64,000 nucleotides of DNA, taken from contig CAVWCX010000036.1 of assembly GCA_963753595.1 (NCBI GenBank), forward strand, positions 96,001 to 160,000, given 5' to 3'. The notes below the pieces were generated by a model. The model did not search any database and had not been told where the DNA came from. It saw only the letters and a program-made list of their open reading frames with translations. Source of the stretch: Candidatus Methanoperedenaceae archaeon. GTDB lineage: Archaea > Halobacteriota > Methanosarcinia > Methanosarcinales > Methanoperedenaceae. Shown one piece after another: positions 10,444 to 20,129 of the stretch. Numbering within the stretch: the first letter of the stretch is position 1; each line of letters starts with the position of its first letter. Made by a program: the position numbers and the translations under genes.

Positions 10444-13400
10444 TCAGTCCGAAACTATGCCTTCACTCAGCGTTTCCTGGACAATCTCCCTTACCACTTC
10501 CCTGAACTCCGGGTCATTATAATCGAACCCTGTAGTTTGATCGGGTTCCTGAGATAACTGCTGGTCAGAATACCATGCTTGCGGCTCTCCCAAACCTATC
10601 ACTGGTTCCGTTTCAGATGCCGGGCTCTCCACAACCGCCCGGATCTCACTAATATTCCTTGGTCCGATGTAGTTTTTACCCGATATTCCTTCCCATCCCG
10701 CCCCTGAGATTAATGGATTGGCTATCTGCGCCAGCTCTTGATAACGGGGATCCCTCGTGATCAATATGCGGTTCTTGACCTCTTCCGGAGTCCCGGGTCT
10801 GAAACCCGTCACCGGGCCATAGCTTTTCATTGCCGCGTAGTAAGCGGTGATTTTCTTGAGGTCAACCAGCTTCTCGATGTCTTCTGGTTTTGCAAGTTCG
10901 GGGGCATTGCCGTAGCGAACAGCATATTTGTCATAACCGCCAATGTCCATTGGTTGGAATCTGGACAGATCCGTACCCTGCACAGGCAGATCGAACTCCT
11001 TTCCCTGCTCTGCATCCCGCAGCCCTGATACCTTGTCATACTGCGCCCTGTACTCAACTAGCGCAGCCTCGATGACATTTATCTGCGCCTCAGACGTTGG
11101 GTCGGTGTAACCTTTCGCCCTGGCATCCTCTACCTTTTTCTTTTCTCCCCTGAGATCCTTTTCTGCGCTTCGTATCGCCGACCTGACGGTATTCAACTGC
11201 CGGTTATAAATCTTGATGTTTGCCGATTTCCTGAGATCGTAGCGCTTCTTTTCCTTTTGGGCTTCATTCTCAGGACGGCCCCGTGTATCCAGAGTACGCG
11301 CATTGATCTCTTCCACACCAGTGGAATACTCCTGCTCGACTCTCCCCCACGCCTCTTCCTGCTGAAGTTCACGCTCTGGAAGATTCTCAATATAATTCTG
11401 CGCGCTCAGCCATTCCATATTCTCTTCCCGCGTCTGCGTGATGTAGTTCCATGGCAGCGGCGGACCTCTGAGCACCGCTGGATAGACATGCCCGCCCTGT
11501 AGCTGCTCAAACTCACCCGATATGCCTGACTGCGCACTTGCCCAGTTATCCCTCTGCATCAGTGCCAACCGCTGCTCATATGAAAAGTCGTTGGGTCTTC
11601 CTGTATATTTCCTGTATGCATCCCGGATATCTGTGTCACTATTCTTCCTGATATCTGTCTTAGCCTGACCGACACCTGTAAGATATTTCACTCCTTGTTT
11701 CTCGGCATTTCTATCTTCGTAAACGTCCGAAAGCGTCCCAACATCTCTTCCGGTGCGCCCCACAATCAGATTTGACTCTGCGCTGTTCTGTGGATTATAC
11801 CACTGCAAGATAGGATCAAAATCCTTGCCCGTATACGTATTGAATCCCAGTCCCTTCTCCAATGGATACTTGGCAAATGGTGTAGTAGCGCTGAAACCGT
11901 ACAGCAGTGGGTCGCTGTAGGCTTCCAGATCAGTCGCTGGTGTGCGCATATAATTGAACGTGCCCGTGGACTTGTCCCATGGATACATCCATGTAATATC
12001 TCCTTCGGTATACTGCGGGAGCTCCTGGCCGTTGACTGCGGCTTCATTAAGTTTCCCGAACTGCGCAAACTTCCCCGGGCTTTTGACCAACTGCTTCCCC
12101 ATTAGCGGGACATTGCCGCGCATCCATGCATAAAATGGCACTGCCCGCTTCATATAATCGCGCTCGAACGGAGTGAATGACTCCTTGGAATACTGGAACT
12201 GGAACTCGGAGACCCATGACCTGGCTCCCTGTATCGTGTCTCCTTTCATTATCCGGTCGTTAAATAGTGAGAGGCGGATGAAGTTCTCTTCATACTGGGC
12301 TACTGTTATCGGGGCATTCGCTCCCTTCTTTGCCAATTCTATAGCTTTCTCCTTCTGCGTATCCGCTATCTCATAGGAGAGCTTCTGAATATCCATCATG
12401 CCTGGCTGGCTGAGAATTCCTGATTCGCCAGCCATTTTGAGTAGTTTCTGCCCTGAATATTCTTCCCCCAGCGCTGTGGTAAAGACCTTTTCCTTATCCC
12501 CACCCAGTAAAAGTCTTGAGCTTCGATAATAGGATATCGGGTCAACCTCAGCTAACCAGTTGTTGAAAATGCCGCCCACCATATTCGATGCATGATATGC
12601 GGGATGGGTTACAGTTGCACTGTATTTCCATGCATTCAATGCTTTATCGTAGAGCTGCAGTGCGGCGCCGGTATCTCTTTGCACGAACTCTTTCTCGATA
12701 TCTTCTGCGATTGGTTTTGGCAGCCACGCCCCTTTTATATAATCTACTGAACTCTGCACATATTCATCCGGTGATACCCGTGCCACATCTTCTGGAACGC
12801 CGTACTTCTCTACCGTCCACTTCAAAAGTTTTGCCTGTTCCACTGCCTGTATGCTTTCGGCTCTTCTGATGGACGTTGCTTTGAACGGGTTTGCCTCGAA
12901 GTAATCAAAATCTACTCCGAGTTCCTTTCGTGCCCTTTCATTGATCCCGGATACCGTTCCCTGTATGCTCCGTTTCGTTGTGAACTTGTTTTCCACAGAA
13001 AGCGGGGTGTACAATTCTGTCGAGACCTTCTTGCCCCCCTTTTCCAGGTACTTCTTCGCCTCAGGGGTCAAAGTGTGCCTCAAGTAACCCGACATCTCCG
13101 TATCCAGCAGCCCAAGCTCCTTCTCCTGCGCCGCAAATCCCTTGTTGTAAGACTCCAACTCTTCCACTATAGCCAGTTGCTCCTTTGTGAGCTTTCCAGA
13201 TTCGCGGGTCACGGGCGTCTCTATCAGGTTAGAGACGATCTCTTCGTAGTTCTCTCCGAAGGCTTTCCTTGCTTCTTTTGCCAGCTCAATATCTCTTTCC
13301 GTGCCCTGAGCTATATCGAACCTGACCTTCTTTGGCAGGAGCATCGCCTTCTCGGCATAATCCGCCTCCATCGGAAGGAGTCTGGACGACCTCGGAAGAC

Positions 13401-16400
13401 GCTTTACTGCTGCCCTCACCACGAATTTGTTTTCCAAATACTCCTGCATCCCGATTGCTTTCTTGAATGCTGCTGGATGTTCCAGAGAGAACTGCATCGC
13501 TCCTGTTTTTGCAGCATTCGTTACCGGGTCAAATACACTTCCAGGGATCAGATTCACTTCCTGCCCCCAGCCTCGAAGATTCACCCCGCCTGCAGCAAGG
13601 ACTGTCTTCTGAAACGCCGGATTTTGCTCTATATGGTGTGCGAACTCAAGGGTTCCCATCTCTTCACCATACTTTTTCGTGAATGTCGAAAGTTCCTTAA
13701 CACCCGTTTTACTCAGTTTCAGCGCCTTTGCGCCCTTCCCGCCCACTGACCCGATCTTGACAGCCGCGCCAGAACCTAGCGAGAGGTATGTGGTCGGGGC
13801 AACTGCTATATCTAAAACAGTTCCTGCTGCGCCACGCAACGAGAAGAGACTTGTATCTTTGTTCTGGATGCCCCATGCCATGGATGGGGTTATCCGGTCT
13901 TTCCAGTCGTATCTTTTGGAGTCTCCGGTGAGCATGGCCTGCGCGTTCAAGATCGTTGCGCCTTCTATGTAACTGTCCATGTTCAGTATATCCACAGCAG
14001 TTCCGAGAATGCCCTGTTCTTCCGATGGCATCAGCGTCTGCCTGACCTGTTCCCTGCCAGCTTCTTGTTCTTCTTTTGGCAGGCTATAAAATGATGAAGT
14101 TGCTGCGATCCCTGCCCCCACACCAAGTCCTAAATTAATCCATGAAAATTTCTTTTTATCTGCGTTTCGTGCCTGATATTCGGCTGTTTCTTTTACACCC
14201 TTGCGCTGCAATTCACGGATTTGTTCGATTTGTTCAGGAGTTGTTATCTCTCCGCGAGATTCACGACGGGCTATAATTTCCTCTACCGTCGTTTCTGAAA
14301 TCCTATCGATTTCAGTCTGCGTGGTTTTTACGATGATTGGTGGTGATTTTATTGGAACCGTTGGTATAACTGGGGGTGTTGATGGCGGTATTATCGGCGA
14401 TGCCGTTGATGTTGAGGCAAGAGGTGACGGTATTGGGGATTTCGGTATGTTGTCGCCCATGAATGTATCCTGGAATATCAGGTCATCCAATTCCCTTCTC
14501 TCAGACATCGATAATTGATTGTAACGCTTTTTAGATAGTTCTTCCAGTCGTGGTTTTACTACTGGTATTATTGGATTTTCTACATAAAATGGATTTATAA
14601 ATTCTGGTTCCTCTAGTTCCTTTTTTTTGTAATCTTTTAACCAATAAGATATTGGTTTGTCTGGATTTATGTTATATTCTTGCCACTTTTTGAAATTATT
14701 TTGTATTAAGGTTGTACTTTCTGGCAAATCGGTTTTTGCATAATACTCAAGAGTCAGTTCCTTCAATTCATTTTTTTCAGTCCAAGACAATTGATCATAA
14801 GGCTTTTTAGATAGTTCTTCCAATCTTGATTTTGTAGCTGCACCCATTGGTTGGGCATCATACTCTGCCATTAGTCTGTCTATCGTCCACTCTTCATCTG
14901 GTGTTTCACTGAGCAGTTTCTTCACATATGCCGAACGTGAGATGCCAGCTTTTTCCCACGATGTTAGATCGGGGCTTTTCCCAAGTTCTCCGACCTCATT
15001 TGCAAGGAACGACTTGAAACCAGGTTTTGTAAACCCCAACCCTTCAATTCCCCTGGCTAACTTCTTTGTTTTGGTGACCGCGCCTATTCCTATTAAATTG
15101 GTTGGTTGTGCAACGATATCTGTCACAAGGGCTGCTAATGGATCTTCTATCCCAAAAACGTTCGATGGTTGAATTTTATTACGAATACCTCCCATTGCCC
15201 CAATCCCCGCATAACTTCCCCAAGCAGCCTGGTCTATGAATGATAATGGAGTTAATGCCGCCCCAACCGCCTGCAGGCCAGTCCATGCAATATCTAATGG
15301 CAAGTATCTTCTATACAGTGATAATGTACCATCTTGTGCCTTCTTTTTGAAATCTTCGCTTCTTGCCTGATCGTCTGCATATACGTCAGCGAGATTCTGA
15401 TACCAGATACTTCCGAGTTCTCCCAGATTGTTATATATTTCTGTGAGCGATTCCTGTATCAGCGGATGAGTGTTTATTCCCATCGATTGCTGTGAATCGA
15501 TCTGCGCCATGCCTCCTGTCACATTGCTCTGCAGGAACGGTAGACCCATAAACGGCAGGAATGCTGCTAAGTCACCGGGTTCATCTCCAAGGCCGGGATT
15601 CTTTAAAAGCGCCATATCCGTTTTTTGGATCGGCATCTCAACTACCTTCCCTGACTTTGTCGTGTAAGTTATCATGCCCTTTGCAGGATTTATCGAGTAT
15701 GGCTTTGAATAATCACGAAGTTCAACCTTGCTCCCGGGTAATATAAGCGGCGGCGCAGTATTGAACGGCATCGGTTTTATCTCTTCTATCGCTGAGTACT
15801 GGTTGACGTTGAGATTCCATCTGCCCTGCCACTCCTGGCTTGCGACATTACCGAAATAATAGTTCTTTCCCTTCTCTACCTTCGGGATATTCTGCTGCTG
15901 GTTCCTCCATACTGTGAACTTGATACTTTCCCCCGATGAGTCCTTAAGGAGTCCTACCTGTGAGATCTTCGGACTGGTCGGGTCCCACAATTCTGTGACC
16001 TGGCCCCGCAGTGATGCGAAGGTGAAGTCCTTTGTCTTAACACCTTTTACCGTCGTGAGTGCACCCCATTTTGCAGTATCAACCTCAACATCATCAGCGC
16101 GCGCTGCCACTTTCAATGACTGCATATGCTCTTTTAGTCCCAGCGTACCACCTTTCTTCGACCAATGTTCAAAGAATGAGAACGGAGCGGTCTTTGCATA
16201 TTCTGCAGCCATCTGGGGATCTAACAAATAATTGTTTATGAACTGAAGCTCCTGCTGTGCTGCTTCCTTATCCCTCCATTGCTTTTGCGTGAATATTGTG
16301 GCTTTGTTCAGTACCTTTTCTGGATCCTTGAAAGATAATAGGTCAGTACCGAGAGTGCCGGGTATCCGAGCGCCTGTGAAGAAAGATCCCGACAACTGCT

Positions 16401-17217
16401 CAATAGCTGTTGGTGTTTCATATGCTTTGTTTGTATTTATCCAGTCTAACGGAATACCTCTTTTCTCGTCCCATTGAGTTGCCCCCATTTTGTATAGGCT
16501 GTCATCAAGGCTTTCCAGCTTCTTTGAGGTGCTCAGGTCAAGGGGCAGCCCCGCCTTCATCCTGGATATGCTTTTGTCTATCTGGTCCTTCTCAACTAAC
16601 TGGGCTCTCACCAAATCGTCCAGCTCTTTCTGAGACCAAATGCTTGCGCCTGACTGCTTTAACCCAATAATCTTTTGAATATTTGATTCGATGGTAACCC
16701 GCTTGCCCTCTAATATTCTCGCCATGCCTGTTGTAGTAGAGTACCCACCAATCTCGGCTTCGGCGTTATCTAATATATCCCTGCGATACTCCAGCTTCTT
16801 GAGTACAATTTCTTTCGTTCCCTGTGGTAGGTCTGAAGTAACGATTTTGTTAATTTCTCTGTCGGTAAGCCTGCGTTGCACACCAAGTGGTGAGTAACTG
16901 TTCATATTGACATCGAACGCTCGCGGACTCAATATATCTGGTTCAGTCCGTTTGATACCTGCATGCAGAGGTTTCCATGTCTGGTCCCACGGAGGTTTCC
17001 ATTTGTCACCCAAGGCTGCCGACTTCTCGAATGAAGACTCAAATAGGCTAAGCGGTTGCTCTATATTAACGTCAGGTGCCGTCCTGGCTGCCGATCGTTC
17101 CGTCTGTATCTTTTTTATCGCCCTGCCGACTTCCATCCTGATCCTGGTTGTTGCCTCCCCGGATCCCTGGAGTGTTTTGAGAAGTTCCTTAAGCTTCTGG
17201 ATTTCGGCAAAGCTCAT
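10444..17217 (-). CDS. Giant multidomain virion protein in the tape-measure position (large polyvalent protein-like; internal OB fold and degenerate HNH-like domain)
   Basis: 2257 aa directly after tail tube and chaperone; OB segment similar to the RPA at 51561..52508; FQYSKESFTPFERDYMKRAVPFYAW resembles LPD38-type regions. Confidence 0.7.
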   Translation of the reverse strand: MSFAEIQKLKELLKTLQGSGEATTRIRMEVGRAIKKIQTERSAARTAPDVNIEQPLSLFESSFEKSAALGDKWKPPWDQTWKPLHAGIKRTEPDILSPRAFDVNMNSYSPLGVQRRLTDREINKIVTSDLPQGTKEIVLKKLEYRRDILDNAEAEIGGYSTTTGMARILEGKRVTIESNIQKIIGLKQSGASIWSQKELDDLVRAQLVEKDQIDKSISRMKAGLPLDLSTSKKLESLDDSLYKMGATQWDEKRGIPLDWINTNKAYETPTAIEQLSGSFFTGARIPGTLGTDLLSFKDPEKVLNKATIFTQKQWRDKEAAQQELQFINNYLLDPQMAAEYAKTAPFSFFEHWSKKGGTLGLKEHMQSLKVAARADDVEVDTAKWGALTTVKGVKTKDFTFASLRGQVTELWDPTSPKISQVGLLKDSSGESIKFTVWRNQQQNIPKVEKGKNYYFGNVASQEWQGRWNLNVNQYSAIEEIKPMPFNTAPPLILPGSKVELRDYSKPYSINPAKGMITYTTKSGKVVEMPIQKTDMALLKNPGLGDEPGDLAAFLPFMGLPFLQSNVTGGMAQIDSQQSMGINTHPLIQESLTEIYNNLGELGSIWYQNLADVYADDQARSEDFKKKAQDGTLSLYRRYLPLDIAWTGLQAVGAALTPLSFIDQAAWGSYAGIGAMGGIRNKIQPSNVFGIEDPLAALVTDIVAQPTNLIGIGAVTKTKKLARGIEGLGFTKPGFKSFLANEVGELGKSPDLTSWEKAGISRSAYVKKLLSETPDEEWTIDRLMAEYDAQPMGAATKSRLEELSKKPYDQLSWTEKNELKELTLEYYAKTDLPESTTLIQNNFKKWQEYNINPDKPISYWLKDYKKKELEEPEFINPFYVENPIIPVVKPRLEELSKKRYNQLSMSERRELDDLIFQDTFMGDNIPKSPIPSPLASTSTASPIIPPSTPPVIPTVPIKSPPIIVKTTQTEIDRISETTVEEIIARRESRGEITTPEQIEQIRELQRKGVKETAEYQARNADKKKFSWINLGLGVGAGIAATSSFYSLPKEEQEAGREQVRQTLMPSEEQGILGTAVDILNMDSYIEGATILNAQAMLTGDSKRYDWKDRITPSMAWGIQNKDTSLFSLRGAAGTVLDIAVAPTTYLSLGSGAAVKIGSVGGKGAKALKLSKTGVKELSTFTKKYGEEMGTLEFAHHIEQNPAFQKTVLAAGGVNLRGWGQEVNLIPGSVFDPVTNAAKTGAMQFSLEHPAAFKKAIGMQEYLENKFVVRAAVKRLPRSSRLLPMEADYAEKAMLLPKKVRFDIAQGTERDIELAKEARKAFGENYEEIVSNLIETPVTRESGKLTKEQLAIVEELESYNKGFAAQEKELGLLDTEMSGYLRHTLTPEAKKYLEKGGKKVSTELYTPLSVENKFTTKRSIQGTVSGINERARKELGVDFDYFEANPFKATSIRRAESIQAVEQAKLLKWTVEKYGVPEDVARVSPDEYVQSSVDYIKGAWLPKPIAEDIEKEFVQRDTGAALQLYDKALNAWKYSATVTHPAYHASNMVGGIFNNWLAEVDPISYYRSSRLLLGGDKEKVFTTALGEEYSGQKLLKMAGESGILSQPGMMDIQKLSYEIADTQKEKAIELAKKGANAPITVAQYEENFIRLSLFNDRIMKGDTIQGARSWVSEFQFQYSKESFTPFERDYMKRAVPFYAWMRGNVPLMGKQLVKSPGKFAQFGKLNEAAVNGQELPQYTEGDITWMYPWDKSTGTFNYMRTPATDLEAYSDPLLYGFSATTPFAKYPLEKGLGFNTYTGKDFDPILQWYNPQNSAESNLIVGRTGRDVGTLSDVYEDRNAEKQGVKYLTGVGQAKTDIRKNSDTDIRDAYRKYTGRPNDFSYEQRLALMQRDNWASAQSGISGEFEQLQGGHVYPAVLRGPPLPWNYITQTREENMEWLSAQNYIENLPERELQQEEAWGRVEQEYSTGVEEINARTLDTRGRPENEAQKEKKRYDLRKSANIKIYNRQLNTVRSAIRSAEKDLRGEKKKVEDARAKGYTDPTSEAQINVIEAALVEYRAQYDKVSGLRDAEQGKEFDLPVQGTDLSRFQPMDIGGYDKYAVRYGNAPELAKPEDIEKLVDLKKITAYYAAMKSYGPVTGFRPGTPEEVKNRILITRDPRYQELAQIANPLISGAGWEGISGKNYIGPRNISEIRAVVESPASETEPVIGLGEPQAWYSDQQLSQEPDQTTGFDYNDPEFREVVREIVQETLSEGIVSD

Positions 17218-17242
17218 TGGGATCAGCGATTATTGTTTCGGC

Positions 17243-17617
17243 TTAACTATCTGTACCGAACAATTCTTGTGTTATTGCCATACCGACTGCCTTATAAGTC
17301 CTGAGCGGATCACTTTTTAGTATCTCGACCTGTTCGGGTGTCAGTTTGCTCTTGGATATGACCGAGCCAATGAGACTTTGCTTTGCCTTCGCTCTATCTA
17401 AAGGGCCAGCAGGTGTGCCGCCAGTGATTATGTCTATTAGCAGGAAGTCCTGGACATTCAAAGACTCTAACTGGATCAGTTGTCCACCCAGAACCACAAC
17501 TAATCCTGATTGCTCCGGCAGAGATTCCGGCGCTTCTGCGCCGATCTCCTGTGCCTTTTCAGTTATATTTTGTGGGTTTGGCTTGTTATCCACGCCACCC
17601 ACTACCTTTTCTTCCAT
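17243..17617 (-). CDS. Putative tail assembly chaperone
   Basis: 124 aa between tail tube and giant protein (synteny). Confidence 0.5.
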   Translation of the reverse strand: MEEKVVGGVDNKPNPQNITEKAQEIGAEAPESLPEQSGLVVVLGGQLIQLESLNVQDFLLIDIITGGTPAGPLDRAKAKQSLIGSVISKSKLTPEQVEILKSDPLRTYKAVGMAITQELFGTDS

Positions 17618-17626
17618 CCTGTCACC

Positions 17627-18247
17627 TTATGTTGTCTTAAACGCTACCGGGTGCTTGAATGTCAGCGTGAAGGTTTCCATTGCGATTCCGCCTGCTTCCA
17701 GACTGTCGTTCATCTCGTTTACCCTGGCTTCCTTGTATATTCGGTAGCTTATCGGAGTGGTATTTGAGTACTTTTTTGCGATGACCATGTAAGCGTCGTT
17801 TTTCGCACAATCAGTAAACTTGGTCATCAGGTCGTGGTTTGTTGCCTGCGCGAACGCTATGTTCAATGCTCCAGATCTTTGCACCACATCCACGGTCACA
17901 GCATCGTTGCCCAGCTCTGCTATCTCTATGGTCTTTGTTGATACCTTCATCTGGATTGCCTGCTGGACGCTGTATGCGCCGTTTTTGATTTTTGGCATAT
18001 ATACCTGGACTATCTGCCCTACTGTGCATGCCGGAATGGCCACTACGGCAGGAGTCGCAGACGATACTGTTATGTCGGCTGATGCGACCTCTACATTATC
18101 CACATAAACCCTGGTGTATTCCGGAGTTGTCTCCCCGGCTTTGTTTGCCATTGTGAAATCTGTCTGCGCTGCGGTTGCAGTGAATTCTTTAAACTCAGCG
18201 TCATAGGTTTCTATGACGACATTTTTGCCTTTAGTTACCTGTACCAT
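17627..18247 (-). CDS. Putative major tail tube protein
   Basis: 206 aa; IEIAELGN and GGIAMETFTLTF tail-tube-like strands; synteny. Confidence 0.55.
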   Translation of the reverse strand: MVQVTKGKNVVIETYDAEFKEFTATAAQTDFTMANKAGETTPEYTRVYVDNVEVASADITVSSATPAVVAIPACTVGQIVQVYMPKIKNGAYSVQQAIQMKVSTKTIEIAELGNDAVTVDVVQRSGALNIAFAQATNHDLMTKFTDCAKNDAYMVIAKKYSNTTPISYRIYKEARVNEMNDSLEAGGIAMETFTLTFKHPVAFKTT

Positions 18248-18534
18248 ATTTTGAAGTCTCCTTTCAAAGAGTGTATGCTCTTTTTATTATGATATGTGGG
18301 GGATTGTATTTAAAAGTAACTTACTATTGTAATATCTAAGTAATATAACTGGCATCGGGCTGAAGGCGCCGAGGCATCTCATCCCCGTTGCAGGTGGGTA
18401 GTTAAAGTATTACTTATTTTGGTATTTAACGACAAAAGGGGCAAGAAATAAAAAGATTTAATGGAAAATAAGAATAAGCTGAGCTTCAATTTGGAGATTT
18501 ATTATGAATTTTCGATTTGCAGGTTTTTCTTATA

Positions 18535-20127
18535 TTATGTCAATAAATCTACAACTTTTTGTGCTTTTTTTCTGGAATATTCACTTTTATCTGTCTCAGC
18601 AATTCTCTTTAATAGTGGTTTGTATTCAATGATAGATGTTGAATTTCCTTTTGCAATCATTCCTAAACTATCTATGTAAGCATCTTTAAGCCATTCTTTT
18701 TGGTCTACTCCCAACATTTTTTCAGCTGACAAATCCATTGTAATAACTATTTCTTTTGTCTTGATTTTTAAAGGTTCTCTTTTTGTGACTTCAGTCGGAT
18801 TATTAATATAATCAACCATTATTGGAATTGCCTCTTTGATCGGATTTACATCTTTTAAGCCTATTTTACCAAGATTAAAAGCTGCAAATCGTCTAGAATT
18901 CCATTCAGGGCTTTCCTTGATTGTTCTAATCAAATGCGGAATCAGAGGTTTTACCCAGTTAATATTTATTTCCCCTAACTCGCCTATAATGTTACTTGTA
19001 ACATATTTTTCAAAATTTTGCTGAATACGATTTACATAGTCTATGACTAAGGCTTCAAATATTTGGTTATCTTTTTTTACTAAAAGAATCAGCAAAGATT
19101 CAGCAGCATTTGATATATTTATTTCATTTGATTTCAATAGGTTTTCGACCAAAATTCTTAGTTTTTCGGGATTTTTAATCAACTGTTTCTTTGGGTAATA
19201 ATATGATTTTAAGTTAAGAACTATCTGAGTTGCTCTTTGATGGTTTTTCTTTTTAATAAATTCTTTAATTTCTGTGAATAAGAGATCATAATCCTCCATA
19301 TCTAAAAGATTAATTTCCTTATTCATTTGGATCTCATAAGTGAATTTCTTCCAAGCTTCATTTGAAGAAACAGGCATATCTTTAATTGGTTTCATTTCTT
19401 CATTAATAGTGCAAAATATATTTTCAGCTTCATTTTCCGAGAGATTTAATTCAGAGATTAAATCCTGAATTCTGTTGACAACTCCTGGAGCCAAGAAACT
19501 CATTTCTGCATTAAATTCTCTTATTCCAATTTCATCCATTTCTTTTTTTGACAATGGCTTTCCATTACAAGATCCAACATTCCTACATCCATTTAAATCA
19601 AGATAACATACTTCAAAATAGGTTTCTAAAGCTTCTTTTAATTTTTCTTCTTCTTTTAATTGTTCAGCCATATGGAATTTGTTGTTTCTGTAGAGTCCCC
19701 ATTGTTTTGTTGAGGCAAATTTGATAATTCTCTCATTAAATAATCTCCATTTTATGTCATTTATTGAAGGTTCTTTGCCAAACTGTTTTGTTAATTCTTT
19801 TTTGGCTTGCACATATTCTGGATCATTCATCAATTGCTCTTCTTCTTTAGTTTTGGATTGAAGATTCCACTGTACCTCGATTTCATCTTTTTGTTTATCT
19901 GTGACTAAAACCTTTTTTCTATCAATGGGTCTAGTTCTAACATAGATTTGCTTCCCACAAAATTCGCATTTCTTCTTTCTTGTGGGTATATGTTCAAGCA
20001 TACTTTGGCAATATGGACATCTATTAATTTCACCCACCTTATCTATGTTTGAGCTTTTAGGAAGGGGATTAGTATTGGATATTTCCTTATTAACCGAACT
20101 TCCAAATAATTTCTTTAAAAAATCCAT
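18535..20127 (-). CDS. Zn-finger plus HEAT-repeat-like protein (AT-rich moron)
   Basis: CPYC...CEFC at the N-terminus; C-terminal SRRFAAFNLGKIG and DSLGMIA helical repeats. Confidence 0.65.
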   Translation of the reverse strand: MDFLKKLFGSSVNKEISNTNPLPKSSNIDKVGEINRCPYCQSMLEHIPTRKKKCEFCGKQIYVRTRPIDRKKVLVTDKQKDEIEVQWNLQSKTKEEEQLMNDPEYVQAKKELTKQFGKEPSINDIKWRLFNERIIKFASTKQWGLYRNNKFHMAEQLKEEEKLKEALETYFEVCYLDLNGCRNVGSCNGKPLSKKEMDEIGIREFNAEMSFLAPGVVNRIQDLISELNLSENEAENIFCTINEEMKPIKDMPVSSNEAWKKFTYEIQMNKEINLLDMEDYDLLFTEIKEFIKKKNHQRATQIVLNLKSYYYPKKQLIKNPEKLRILVENLLKSNEINISNAAESLLILLVKKDNQIFEALVIDYVNRIQQNFEKYVTSNIIGELGEININWVKPLIPHLIRTIKESPEWNSRRFAAFNLGKIGLKDVNPIKEAIPIMVDYINNPTEVTKREPLKIKTKEIVITMDLSAEKMLGVDQKEWLKDAYIDSLGMIAKGNSTSIIEYKPLLKRIAETDKSEYSRKKAQKVVDLLT

Positions 20128-20129
20128 TA

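Noticed and set aside
10738-17320. Many plus-strand ORFs opposite the giant gene (and similar shadow ORFs elsewhere)
   Set aside because: Antisense shadows of well-supported genes, with no motifs or RBS.
17217-17617. Programmed -1 frameshift in the tail chaperone
   Set aside because: No convincing slippery heptamer or extended second frame was seen.
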